Shown here piece by piece: positions 43,515 through 52,091 of a DNA stretch of 64,000 bases. Numbering within the stretch: position 1 is the first letter of the stretch; every line of letters starts with the position of its first letter. The stretch lies in the IMG/VR virus record IMGVR_UViG_3300024239_000014, positions 124,001-188,000 of that record; one strand, 5' to 3'. The translations under genes and the position numbers were made by a program. The notes beneath the pieces are model-generated. The model was not told the origin of the DNA and ran no database searches. It worked only from the letters and a program-made list of their open reading frames with translations.

Positions 43515-44348
43515 CTAAAAAGAATTGGAGTTTCGGTACCCCAACAGGAGCACTCCACCGAGATTGGTGCAAAAGTGACTGAGCAGGATTGCAAGTACCG
43601 CATGGTGATTAGGGTTACCGCCTAAGTGCTTACGTGCCTCTGGCGATAAGGGCGAACCGTTATGCAAGATGATGGAGCCAAACAGGTTAAATGGACCAGG
43701 TCGATCGGTGAAGCACCATTGGTCACCGCTGATACGCGTCAAGTCATCGGCAAAGCTTTCCACTACGGATTGCGCAGGACGCAAGAGCGGTAAGATCGCT
43801 TCAATGCCCGTGTCGGATAGGTCAAAGTCCCAGCTGTACACCGAGGCTGGTTTGCGGGTAATGTCGACACCAGTTGGGTTGATCTCATGGAACTTCGGAT
43901 AATAAATCGAGTCCAGGGCTGGAACAGATTCATCCAACACAATCTTCAAGCTCCCCGTCCAGATCAGGTTATTCGCCGTGACCTGTAAGTCCACCGTTTG
44001 AGGTACGCTTTCTACTGATACCACATCATCCACTACGTCTGTGGCTTTTAACTCAATGCCATATCGCTGCGCCAACCGAACAGCCAGTTGGCGAGTGGAA
44101 ACACTCTCTCCTTTATACGCCTTCACAATGGGTGTCATCCCAGCAAAGGTTGCAGGGAGGTTTAGTCGATCGTAATAGAACACCCCTGGGGCAAGGGGTA
44201 CTACATCACGTGTCGGTAGCACCCAACACCCGGTGTTTCTAGCTACTCGCGGCTCATTAGGCACGAACGGGTCTTCCAAAACAACGTCATGTTCTGTTAG
44301 CTGTTGGTTAAAATGAAGGTTCAGCAGATCCACGATACGATGTACCAT
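43515..44348 (-). CDS. Baseplate/tail virion protein, phiKZ gp131-135-like paralogue family
   Basis: YYDRLNL, RYGIEL..DV, LIWTGSL, FNLFGSIILHNG, CTNLGG..LGY; homologous to 47586..48449. Confidence 0.7.
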   Translation of the reverse strand: MVHRIVDLLNLHFNQQLTEHDVVLEDPFVPNEPRVARNTGCWVLPTRDVVPLAPGVFYYDRLNLPATFAGMTPIVKAYKGESVSTRQLAVRLAQRYGIELKATDVVDDVVSVESVPQTVDLQVTANNLIWTGSLKIVLDESVPALDSIYYPKFHEINPTGVDITRKPASVYSWDFDLSDTGIEAILPLLRPAQSVVESFADDLTRISGDQWCFTDRPGPFNLFGSIILHNGSPLSPEARKHLGGNPNHHAVLAILLSHFCTNLGGVLLLGYRNSNSF

Positions 44349-44508
44349 ACAGCATCCCTCTATTACGTCCTATAATGCATTCTAACAGCAAGAGAATAAA
44401 GAACGGTAAAACCGCCAGAGGTTTTAACGAAATCTCTTAGAAAGCCATTTAGACGGCTTCTAGCAAACGCGATAAATTACGCGGTGCTACATAGCTTCCA
44501 TAACATCG

Positions 44509-44548
44509 AACGGCATAAGGGTGAGGGGTTCCCTCACCCGCTTATGAC
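44509..44548. terminator. Motif-led hairpin
   Basis: AACGGCATAAG-GGTGAGGG..CCCTCACC-GCTTATG. Confidence 0.65.
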
Positions 44549-45042
44549 ACATCACTTAACGCAGTGTAAACCCGCAACTTCTTCAGGTCTTTGTAAAAGA
44601 TTGGTTCGTAGTCCGAGAAGAACTCCAACACCACTCTATCCGTAGACGGTTGACTAAACGTCTTGGCCAGGAAGGTATTAAACTCTTTGTTCGTTGCGAT
44701 TTCTTCAAGCGTTAACAATACCGCATTCTTGATTACCGGGTGGATGATGGTACCTTCGTCCGGTTCTGCATCATCGGCTGATAACGTTGAAATGATACCG
44801 TTAAGGTACTGCGGATCTGGCGATGAAATGATAAACTCAAACACTTGTTGGATGGCGCAGACTGGATGCATTGTCTTGGGTTGCATCGCAATCGACATGC
44901 GGATCTTCATGGTCCGCTGTTGAGCGGGCGGTTCAAGCAACATCTGTGGCGTCACGCTGGAGGCCATCTCCAAATTCTGCATGAAGAACCGCCACCGGAA
45001 CTTCAGCAGTGACCACCAGGTCTTGAGTTTTTTCATACTCAC
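44542..45042 (-). CDS. Hypothetical protein (166 aa)
   Basis: RBS AAGGAG; overlaps the upstream stop. Confidence 0.7.
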   Translation of the reverse strand: MSMKKLKTWWSLLKFRWRFFMQNLEMASSVTPQMLLEPPAQQRTMKIRMSIAMQPKTMHPVCAIQQVFEFIISSPDPQYLNGIISTLSADDAEPDEGTIIHPVIKNAVLLTLEEIATNKEFNTFLAKTFSQPSTDRVVLEFFSDYEPIFYKDLKKLRVYTALSDVS

Positions 45043-45398
45043 TCCTTGCGTGGACGAAGTCCTAAGATCATCAGGATCCGTTTGGCTTTGCTGAGGTAAT
45101 GCATGAAGTACGCAGACACCGTATCACCCCAACGAATGTCGGAGTACGGGTTGAGCATAAACTTGTAGTTACCGCTCTCCATCGCCCGTTTGACATCAGA
45201 GCGTTTAACCACATACCGCGCCCCTGAGTGTACCAGATAACGTTGTACCTGAACGTACACCAATACTCCAGGATACTGGTCGTCCGACTGAACAGGATCG
45301 ACCAGCAATGATGGGTTAATCCGAAGGTGGAAATTCCCGTCAGTGTGGAGGATGCCTGGCTGTATCGATTCATCCGATACATACACCCAACGTTTCAT
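45039..45398 (-). CDS. Hypothetical protein (119 aa)
   Basis: Start reassigned to MKRWVY after the tmk stop (RBS AAGGAG). Confidence 0.65.
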   Translation of the reverse strand: MKRWVYVSDESIQPGILHTDGNFHLRINPSLLVDPVQSDDQYPGVLVYVQVQRYLVHSGARYVVKRSDVKRAMESGNYKFMLNPYSDIRWGDTVSAYFMHYLSKAKRILMILGLRPRKE

Positions 45399-45402
45399 GC
45401 CA

Positions 45403-46050
45403 TCACTCCTTATTGAGGTACTTATACCGCACCGCCAGCTGGTCTCGCAACTGTTCGTCAACGCGACTGATGCTGATGTCGCTAACGTGCAGGTACAATG
45501 TCGACTTGCAGTATTTGCGATGTTCAGCCGCATTGTCATAGGCGCTTGCAACGCGTTTGAAGAAGTCCAGCGGTTCTTGCTCAAGACGATCGAGTTCGCC
45601 ACGACCACGAGAACGCGTCAGACCTACCAGTGGATCAACCAACAGGAAGATGCCATAGTCGTACGGAACGTCATCACCGAAGACGATCTCGCGCAGCTTA
45701 TCGACTTCGCGATACAACCCACGACCAGCACCCTGGTACGCATAGGTCGATACCGCAGAACGGTCTGACACCACCGTGATACCGTTATCCAACATAGTCT
45801 TGATGCGCGCGTAACTATCGGCCCGTGCCGCACCAAAGAGCAGTAGCTCCGCACGAGGATCGACGGTATCCAGACGGGGACGTTTAACGACTTCTCGAAT
45901 CTCTTCAGCCAGGACGGTGAACCCTGGTTCACGGACCACTTCGAACTTGATACCTTGGGATACCAGGAATGAGGTCACGGCGCTCATAGCCGTGGTCTTA
46001 CCGGCACCATCCATCCCTTCAACAACGATATATTGGCCTTTGGTGGTCAT
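45403..46050 (-). CDS. tmk: Thymidylate kinase
   Basis: IVVEGMDGAGKTT, REPG, ELLLFGAAR, SDRSAVSTYAYQG. Confidence 0.93.
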   Translation of the reverse strand: MTTKGQYIVVEGMDGAGKTTAMSAVTSFLVSQGIKFEVVREPGFTVLAEEIREVVKRPRLDTVDPRAELLLFGAARADSYARIKTMLDNGITVVSDRSAVSTYAYQGAGRGLYREVDKLREIVFGDDVPYDYGIFLLVDPLVGLTRSRGRGELDRLEQEPLDFFKRVASAYDNAAEHRKYCKSTLYLHVSDISISRVDEQLRDQLAVRYKYLNKE

Positions 46051-46086
46051 GGGATTTCTCTCGTGTGTGGTATAAAAGCGGGGCCA

Positions 46087-46653
46087 CTACAGCCCCGCTA
46101 TCAGCTTCTTGGCTTTCCAGTAGGCCACAGCAATGGCATCGATAGCGTGCTCTGACGCCAACGATAAATCCACCACGTTTGAGCACGGTAGTTGCATAGC
46201 TAGAACAGCTTGCTTTACCGTGTCTTTGGTCGAGTCTCGACCGACCTTAGCACCTACTGCCAGCTTCGCGGTAGGTGGGTCTACCGATTCAATAAGCAGC
46301 GTTGGGTTGTACTGATCACATGCTCGTCTGATCGCACCGATACACTCGGCTAACGCCCGATACGCTTCTGGGAATCTTCCCATAAACGGTGACTCATGGA
46401 CGATAGCAGACGGCATCAGATTAACAAACAAAGACGACATGGCTTTTTCCAGATACTGAATCTGGGCGTAGCGCGATCCCCGAAACACGGATGCTGCAGA
46501 CAGCGGGTCGACATTGCGACTAGCGTGTAGGGTGTAGAGTCGGACGATTTCCACCGACCGACTCTGAACATCCACATCCAGCACTGCAATCCCCAAGGTG
46601 TCGGTACCAGGGTCGATACCAACGATCCGGTACACCGACGGGGAGGAGGTCAT
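46087..46653 (-). CDS. ruvC: Holliday junction resolvase RuvC
   Basis: IVGIDPGTDTLGIAV, IVHESPF, P.TAK.AVG, KDTVK.AV, HAIDAIAVA. Confidence 0.85.
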   Translation of the reverse strand: MTSSPSVYRIVGIDPGTDTLGIAVLDVDVQSRSVEIVRLYTLHASRNVDPLSAASVFRGSRYAQIQYLEKAMSSLFVNLMPSAIVHESPFMGRFPEAYRALAECIGAIRRACDQYNPTLLIESVDPPTAKLAVGAKVGRDSTKDTVKQAVLAMQLPCSNVVDLSLASEHAIDAIAVAYWKAKKLIAGL

Positions 46654-46663
46654 TGCGACCTCC

Positions 46664-47530
46664 TTATACGACCGTCTGGTTGCTGGCTGTGATCATCGGT
46701 TCCTTTTCACCCAGGTCGAAGTTCATGAGGAAACCGTTGTTCAGTACCGCCAGAGCGTGGAAGGTCGGGATGACCGCCGCCAGCTGCGCCGCAATCGCTT
46801 CTTGATACTGGATGTTCTCACCTGAACCACCTTGACCCGTTACCTGACGTTCCACCGCCGAAACCAACCCCACTTCCGATACGATGGCGAGTTCTTCATC
46901 ACCGTACAGTACTTTACAGACTTCTTTGAGCTCGGCCACATCAAAGGCGTCGAAGTTCACCGGTACCAGGGTGCTGGCATGGATGAAACTGCCGGTCGTT
47001 TGTGTCACGGTGGTATTCGACAGAGTCGGTTTAGCAGGCGACAGGTTCTGACTGTCGTAGACAAACGGGGTCACACTTTCCACGCCATTAACGCGGTTGA
47101 TGATGCGTTTCTGAATGGCTGCGGCACTCAGATCGAGCTTCTTCAGGTAATACGCAAAGAAGTCACCTTGACCAGGCACGTTGATTCGCTTACGCAGTGC
47201 GTAGTTGATCCGACGTTCGATCGGCAGGTCATTGAGCACCGGTCGCAGAACGAACGGCAGGTGGTCGTACAGTGCGGCATTGGAAGGGTCGTAATCGTAG
47301 TTGGCGATTTTGACTGTCCCATCAGTGCCGACTGACGCGCGGTGTCCGCCTTTACCGATGCAGAAGAACCGGATAGAAGGGATTTCGTTCGTCGACGGCA
47401 GAACACCGTTTTGGATTTCAAACTTCTCATTCAAGGTGGAATGAGCTTCAATGGTGTACGGAATACCCAGGTTCTTAGCAACCTGAAGTGCCGTACCCGC
47501 AATGGTGCGAGTAGTCTTTTGCATCGACAT
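46664..47530 (-). CDS. Conserved phiKZ-like virion structural protein (288 aa)
   Basis: STLNEKF.I, IG.GGH, A.LYDHLPFVLRP..DL, YYLKKLD; pattern recalled from phiKZ-like core baseplate proteins. Confidence 0.65.
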   Translation of the reverse strand: MSMQKTTRTIAGTALQVAKNLGIPYTIEAHSTLNEKFEIQNGVLPSTNEIPSIRFFCIGKGGHRASVGTDGTVKIANYDYDPSNAALYDHLPFVLRPVLNDLPIERRINYALRKRINVPGQGDFFAYYLKKLDLSAAAIQKRIINRVNGVESVTPFVYDSQNLSPAKPTLSNTTVTQTTGSFIHASTLVPVNFDAFDVAELKEVCKVLYGDEELAIVSEVGLVSAVERQVTGQGGSGENIQYQEAIAAQLAAVIPTFHALAVLNNGFLMNFDLGEKEPMITASNQTVV

Positions 47531-47585
47531 TCGTTCCTATTAAAGGTACCTTCATACATCCACGAGCGGCTGTATAAAAATACGG

Positions 47586-48449
47586 TTACGCGTAATAGAT
47601 CGTCAGCTTCCCGCCAAAGTTAGAACAAAGAGTGTTCGACAGTGCGATGATGCACACCTTGGTAAAACTGGGATTGGTGATCACACCGTGAGCAGCGAGG
47701 ATCGATGCTGCGTTATTCGTGCCGTTATACAGCACGGTACCACCAGCCAGGTTGAAGTCTCTGGGCGCTGTGATGTCGTGTATCCAGGTGTCATCCACGT
47801 TATCACCGCGATTGAACGGTTCGACCATAGCTGCCAACACCGGACCTGGTACCTGGGCAGTCCAGTAAGCGATGTCGGTATCAAGACCCCGGATGGCGTA
47901 CGAGTACACCGCCGCCTGACCTTTGGTCAAGTCGCTGTTCGGGTAGTTGAAACCAAACAGAGTGGCATTCACGATCACGCTACTGAGTTCTTCACTGGAG
48001 CCCGAATACGACACGCGTACACTGCCCTTCCAAGCCGGGTTACCGGCCTTGATAAAGACCTCAATTTCACCGATACCATCGTCATGCGGAATCGCAGTGA
48101 CGACTACGTCCTGTTCTTCCAGATCCAAACCAAAACGCTGGTTCAACGGGCCGACGAGGTCTGTGGTGTAGTAGATGGCATCCACATCACCTTCAGCGTG
48201 ATCAATCACCACGCTGACTGTACCACCACCAAAGATACGGTTCAAGTCAATGCGGTTGTACCACAGGGTTGTTGGACCCTTAAACCGCTGCAAATTCTTG
48301 GAAGTAAGGGTGATGCGACTATCGCGCTGAATCCCCACATCGGGGTTATCAATCGCTTGACTGAAATCGACATCCGTGACCTTCAGGTTCAATCCAGGAT
48401 TGTCCCGGTTCACGAGGTCGACGAATTTTTGCTGAGCACTCATGAGCAT
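47586..48449 (-). CDS. Baseplate/tail virion protein, gp131-135-like family
   Basis: WYNRIDL, DLVGPLNQRFGLDL..DV, W.GSV, FNLAGGTVLYNG, CSNFGG.L.IYY. Confidence 0.72.
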   Translation of the reverse strand: MLMSAQQKFVDLVNRDNPGLNLKVTDVDFSQAIDNPDVGIQRDSRITLTSKNLQRFKGPTTLWYNRIDLNRIFGGGTVSVVIDHAEGDVDAIYYTTDLVGPLNQRFGLDLEEQDVVVTAIPHDDGIGEIEVFIKAGNPAWKGSVRVSYSGSSEELSSVIVNATLFGFNYPNSDLTKGQAAVYSYAIRGLDTDIAYWTAQVPGPVLAAMVEPFNRGDNVDDTWIHDITAPRDFNLAGGTVLYNGTNNAASILAAHGVITNPSFTKVCIIALSNTLCSNFGGKLTIYYA

Positions 48450-48459
48450 TCCTTAATGG

Positions 48460-48486
48460 AAAAGCCGGGAGGATTTCCTCCCGGCA
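48460..48486 (-). terminator. Intrinsic terminator
   Basis: GCCGGGAGG/CCTCCCGGC followed by TTTT. Confidence 0.7.
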
Positions 48487-48489
48487 CTA

Positions 48490-51400
48490 TTACACTTCCC
48501 AGGACAAACTGGAACCAACTGTTCCCGTAGCGCCGTTCACATCATCGCTCACCTGTAGGCCGGTTCCCTCTTCGAGTTTAAATCGATGCACCAGCGTAGC
48601 GCCTTCGTAATACTGAGCGCTGTACAGCGTACCGACACAACCAGAATTACCAACACCGGAGTGCATCAACAGGTTCACTTGGAGTGCCAGTCCCGTACCA
48701 TCGTACCGGCCAGCTTCTACACCATCAACCCGCACGACAATGCTGGTACCGCCGATACATTCCAGCTCGATCACTGACCGATTGGCAGTAGACAGCAGAT
48801 GTGCACCAGCAGGGCGAATCATGACAAGAGACGGCATACCTGGCATGCGTAGACCGATAGAACCGTCCTGATAGAACGCCAATACTTTGCTGGCATCGGT
48901 GCCTGTGACAAAATACCCGCACACGCCAAGCGTAGTCGCCAACGTAGACGGTTTTGCTACAAACACCCACCGTTGTGTGTTACCGGTAACCATGAGGTTG
49001 TTCAACTTGACAGCTAGTGAACTATCGTTACCGCCAGCTCGACGCAACAGACCTTTGGTATCGAGCAACATGTCCCAGGCCGGAGCTACATAGGTCCCAT
49101 CCAAGTGGATCGTAGCAACCAGCTGATTGTCGTCGTTGTAGATGAAGATGTACTTCACCTCAAAGTTGGCGACGGATTGCCAGTAATGCAAGCGCAGTCG
49201 GTTCGCTGACCAGAACTTCGGCAACAAGATAACCTGACGTTCACTCAAAGCTGGATTGGGACCAGATGCAAGCACGGCGTGAGCAAAAGAACCGCGCTGA
49301 ATCAGGATATCCGTTAGCGAAAGATCGATATTGCTTGGCTCGTAACTCCCTGCGGCGATCTGTGCTGGTGAAAAGTTGGTCGTATCAAAGTAATCCTGAT
49401 ACGAAACCCAGTTAATCCGGTTTTCCGAATCACCATCAATCACCATCAGGTTATCTTCAGCTGTCTCCAGATAACGACCACCGTCGTGTCGGTTCATGTG
49501 GGTGATGATGCGGCCATTGGTTGCATTGATATCACCCGAATCCAACATCACGCCGTAGTAACACCAACCATAGTTCACATGCGGGTGGACAATGGTGGAG
49601 TTAGTGGTCAGCCCAGTGGCATCCCACGTTAACATGGCGTTGGTGTGTTCACGGAAGCTGCGAAGGTAGCTTTCGTTGAACGTGTTGTTATCGAGTTTTA
49701 CCAAACCGCTCAGGAACCGGATGGACTTGATTTGCCAGTTCAACGGCACGCCGTCGTAATCCATCTTGTACAACTGGAACGCAGCGATCTTTTCATTGGG
49801 TCCCAGTGGTGGGTTGAGTTCATAACTCAGGATTCTACCTGCGTCTCGATCACCAGACCATGCCGATGGATCAAGTAAACGACTGGCCAGCACACGCACG
49901 CCGTCTTTAACTTCGACGCGGCGCGCACCACCCTCAGCCACATACAGCGGACCAGCTTGCTGTCCGTCCTGCAAGATGGTATTGAGTGCTGTGTTATACA
50001 GGTAGTCTTCACCAAAACCCAGTGACGCTACTTCAGTCGGACCCGTCCCGAAGTTATAAGCCCCGTTGGTTTCGACGATGATTTCATAGCCGTTGGCCAA
50101 GAGGTTGGCTCGCCAGGACAATGTTTCATCGCCGCCGGAAATCACCGTCGGTTGACGGTAGTTCACCAACTTCCCATACTGACTCAGCAGCTGATTATGC
50201 TTGTTGAAGACATAGACGTACTGCGGCCGCCCAGGTAACAGATCGCCGTTGGTATAACGACCGGTCATTTTCTTATTGGCTTCACTCCACTCCACTGGTG
50301 GACAGAGTGCCAGCGAACCACAACGGTCATAAACCGGCTTGTCACCGATCTCAACACGACACGGTGAATTTTCGCCAATGGCGACATACACGTCCCCGTT
50401 CAGGATCTGGGTGAGGCTATTCCCTTCGGTCCACTTGCCAAAAGCAACTTCGTTAAACAATGGTGCGGTAGCTTCGTTATTCAACACCGGCCCGACCATC
50501 GCCCGCTTTACATTACCGCGCGCAGAAACAATGTTGAGTTCCATTGTCCCAGCGTCCCAAGCGGCCGGGTTATGTTTAGCCCAGCAGCGGAAGAAGTTCC
50601 AGCTGTCCCAGTCCCAAGTCGATTCAGCATCGATCCCTACACTACCCCATGCATCTAGGGCATGGGAGTTACCACCGTAGTCCCAAACCTTCGATACCAA
50701 GGTCGGCATGATCAAGTCGGCCGGTTCACCGCCACCGTCGTCGACGTTAGCCCAGAACATCTTGAGCTGGCTGCGACCATTGATGACACCAGGAATCGGT
50801 GTACTGTTAGTCCAGTGTTGATTGGCCGCGCCGAGTGCCTTGCCTGGCGGAACACGCAAAGATGATGCACAAAAGAGTTCACCGAAACGAGGCGTGTGGC
50901 GTACGCTACGACGTACGATGCGACCACCATCTTCATGGTTGTAGTAGTACACCGCGGGGCGACCGTTCATCCCACCTGGCGCATACTTGCCATTATCAAA
51001 ATGACCATAGTCCCATGAGCCTAGTTCGGCCAAGGTCTGTGCCTGGTCACCAATCGTGGCGGTCGTGTAATCGTTGTATGCTTGGCGTTCTGGCATACCG
51101 CCGACAAATGCCAAGGTGGGGCTTTCGACAGTAAACAGAGACCCTTGGGTAAAATTACCCGTCACGATCAGGTCGGGACCAGGATCACCGAGCGGGAATT
51201 CACTGTCAAGCCGTCCTACAAGAGTCGGGATGAGTTGAAAGGTAAACGGCAAGAGTTCGGTATTACCAGACCCTTCAACCACTTCCAGCGTAGCGTATTG
51301 GGTAACACTACCGCCGCGCCCATCGGAGATGACGTATGTTAATCCCAGCGTACCTGTAGTGGTAGCACTGACAGTCCATGGACCGGTACCTGCAAGTGTA

Positions 51401-52014
51401 CCGTTGCCGGACGTGGTTTGAACAAATGAAACCGACAACGCGTCACCATCCGGATCCGTTGTCCCTTGCAGGAGCATCTCAGGCGTTAGGACGACACTGC
51501 CACCCTTCTCCAATTGACCAAGGTTAACCACACCTGTTGTTTGCGGCACCCGGTTTGGTACAGCGGTAGTTGAATTCAAAAAGATGACCGCAGACCCTGT
51601 CCAAACAATACTCTTAGGCTTGGCTTGCAGCGTGATGCCAACTACCGCATCAATCGCCGGCAGCGGTGCATCATAAACGTCGTTAACGGTCAACCCGAGA
51701 CCATAGCGCGCATTGAGCAAAGGGATCAGGTCATGAGTGCGGAGAGCTGCACCTTTAGGCAGCGGGAAACTGATGTTGCGTAACACCGTGCCAAGATTGA
51801 CACGATTGTAATAAATCGGCTTAAAGCCGCGGACTCTTTCACCTTCGCCCACAGTCACAACGGCACGGGTATTTTTACCCGATGAATGATTGGTGACGGT
51901 CTTTAACAAAGTTAAACGAATATCAGAAGGCAACACGGAAGCAGGAAGGCCCTGGTTCTGTGCGCGTAGTTGCGTCATGATGTTTTCCATCACCGACGTG
52001 TAAAAAAGCGACAT
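48490..52014 (-). CDS. Tail fibre/receptor-binding protein (1174 aa)
   Basis: N-terminal family anchor (YYNRVNL..DLIPLLNARYGLGL..DV), cadherin-like TDPDGDALSV, two related beta-rich domains, C-terminal LamG-like domain. Confidence 0.75.
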   Translation of the reverse strand: MSLFYTSVMENIMTQLRAQNQGLPASVLPSDIRLTLLKTVTNHSSGKNTRAVVTVGEGERVRGFKPIYYNRVNLGTVLRNISFPLPKGAALRTHDLIPLLNARYGLGLTVNDVYDAPLPAIDAVVGITLQAKPKSIVWTGSAVIFLNSTTAVPNRVPQTTGVVNLGQLEKGGSVVLTPEMLLQGTTDPDGDALSVSFVQTTSGNGTLAGTGPWTVSATTTGTLGLTYVISDGRGGSVTQYATLEVVEGSGNTELLPFTFQLIPTLVGRLDSEFPLGDPGPDLIVTGNFTQGSLFTVESPTLAFVGGMPERQAYNDYTTATIGDQAQTLAELGSWDYGHFDNGKYAPGGMNGRPAVYYYNHEDGGRIVRRSVRHTPRFGELFCASSLRVPPGKALGAANQHWTNSTPIPGVINGRSQLKMFWANVDDGGGEPADLIMPTLVSKVWDYGGNSHALDAWGSVGIDAESTWDWDSWNFFRCWAKHNPAAWDAGTMELNIVSARGNVKRAMVGPVLNNEATAPLFNEVAFGKWTEGNSLTQILNGDVYVAIGENSPCRVEIGDKPVYDRCGSLALCPPVEWSEANKKMTGRYTNGDLLPGRPQYVYVFNKHNQLLSQYGKLVNYRQPTVISGGDETLSWRANLLANGYEIIVETNGAYNFGTGPTEVASLGFGEDYLYNTALNTILQDGQQAGPLYVAEGGARRVEVKDGVRVLASRLLDPSAWSGDRDAGRILSYELNPPLGPNEKIAAFQLYKMDYDGVPLNWQIKSIRFLSGLVKLDNNTFNESYLRSFREHTNAMLTWDATGLTTNSTIVHPHVNYGWCYYGVMLDSGDINATNGRIITHMNRHDGGRYLETAEDNLMVIDGDSENRINWVSYQDYFDTTNFSPAQIAAGSYEPSNIDLSLTDILIQRGSFAHAVLASGPNPALSERQVILLPKFWSANRLRLHYWQSVANFEVKYIFIYNDDNQLVATIHLDGTYVAPAWDMLLDTKGLLRRAGGNDSSLAVKLNNLMVTGNTQRWVFVAKPSTLATTLGVCGYFVTGTDASKVLAFYQDGSIGLRMPGMPSLVMIRPAGAHLLSTANRSVIELECIGGTSIVVRVDGVEAGRYDGTGLALQVNLLMHSGVGNSGCVGTLYSAQYYEGATLVHRFKLEEGTGLQVSDDVNGATGTVGSSLSWEV

Positions 52015-52061
52015 CCCCGCGCTCCTTATGCTTTTCGGTACGTCATAAAATGACGAAAATA

Positions 52062-52087
52062 GGGCGGGAGGGCTAGCCCTCCCGCCT
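52062..52087. terminator. Hairpin
   Basis: GGCGGGAGGGC-TA-GCCCTCCCGCC. Confidence 0.65.
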
Positions 52088-52091
52088 CCGC

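Noticed and set aside
45403-46653. tmk and ruvC inside the tail gene block as a novelty
   Set aside because: Ordinary for phiKZ-like genomes, where replication and virion genes are interleaved
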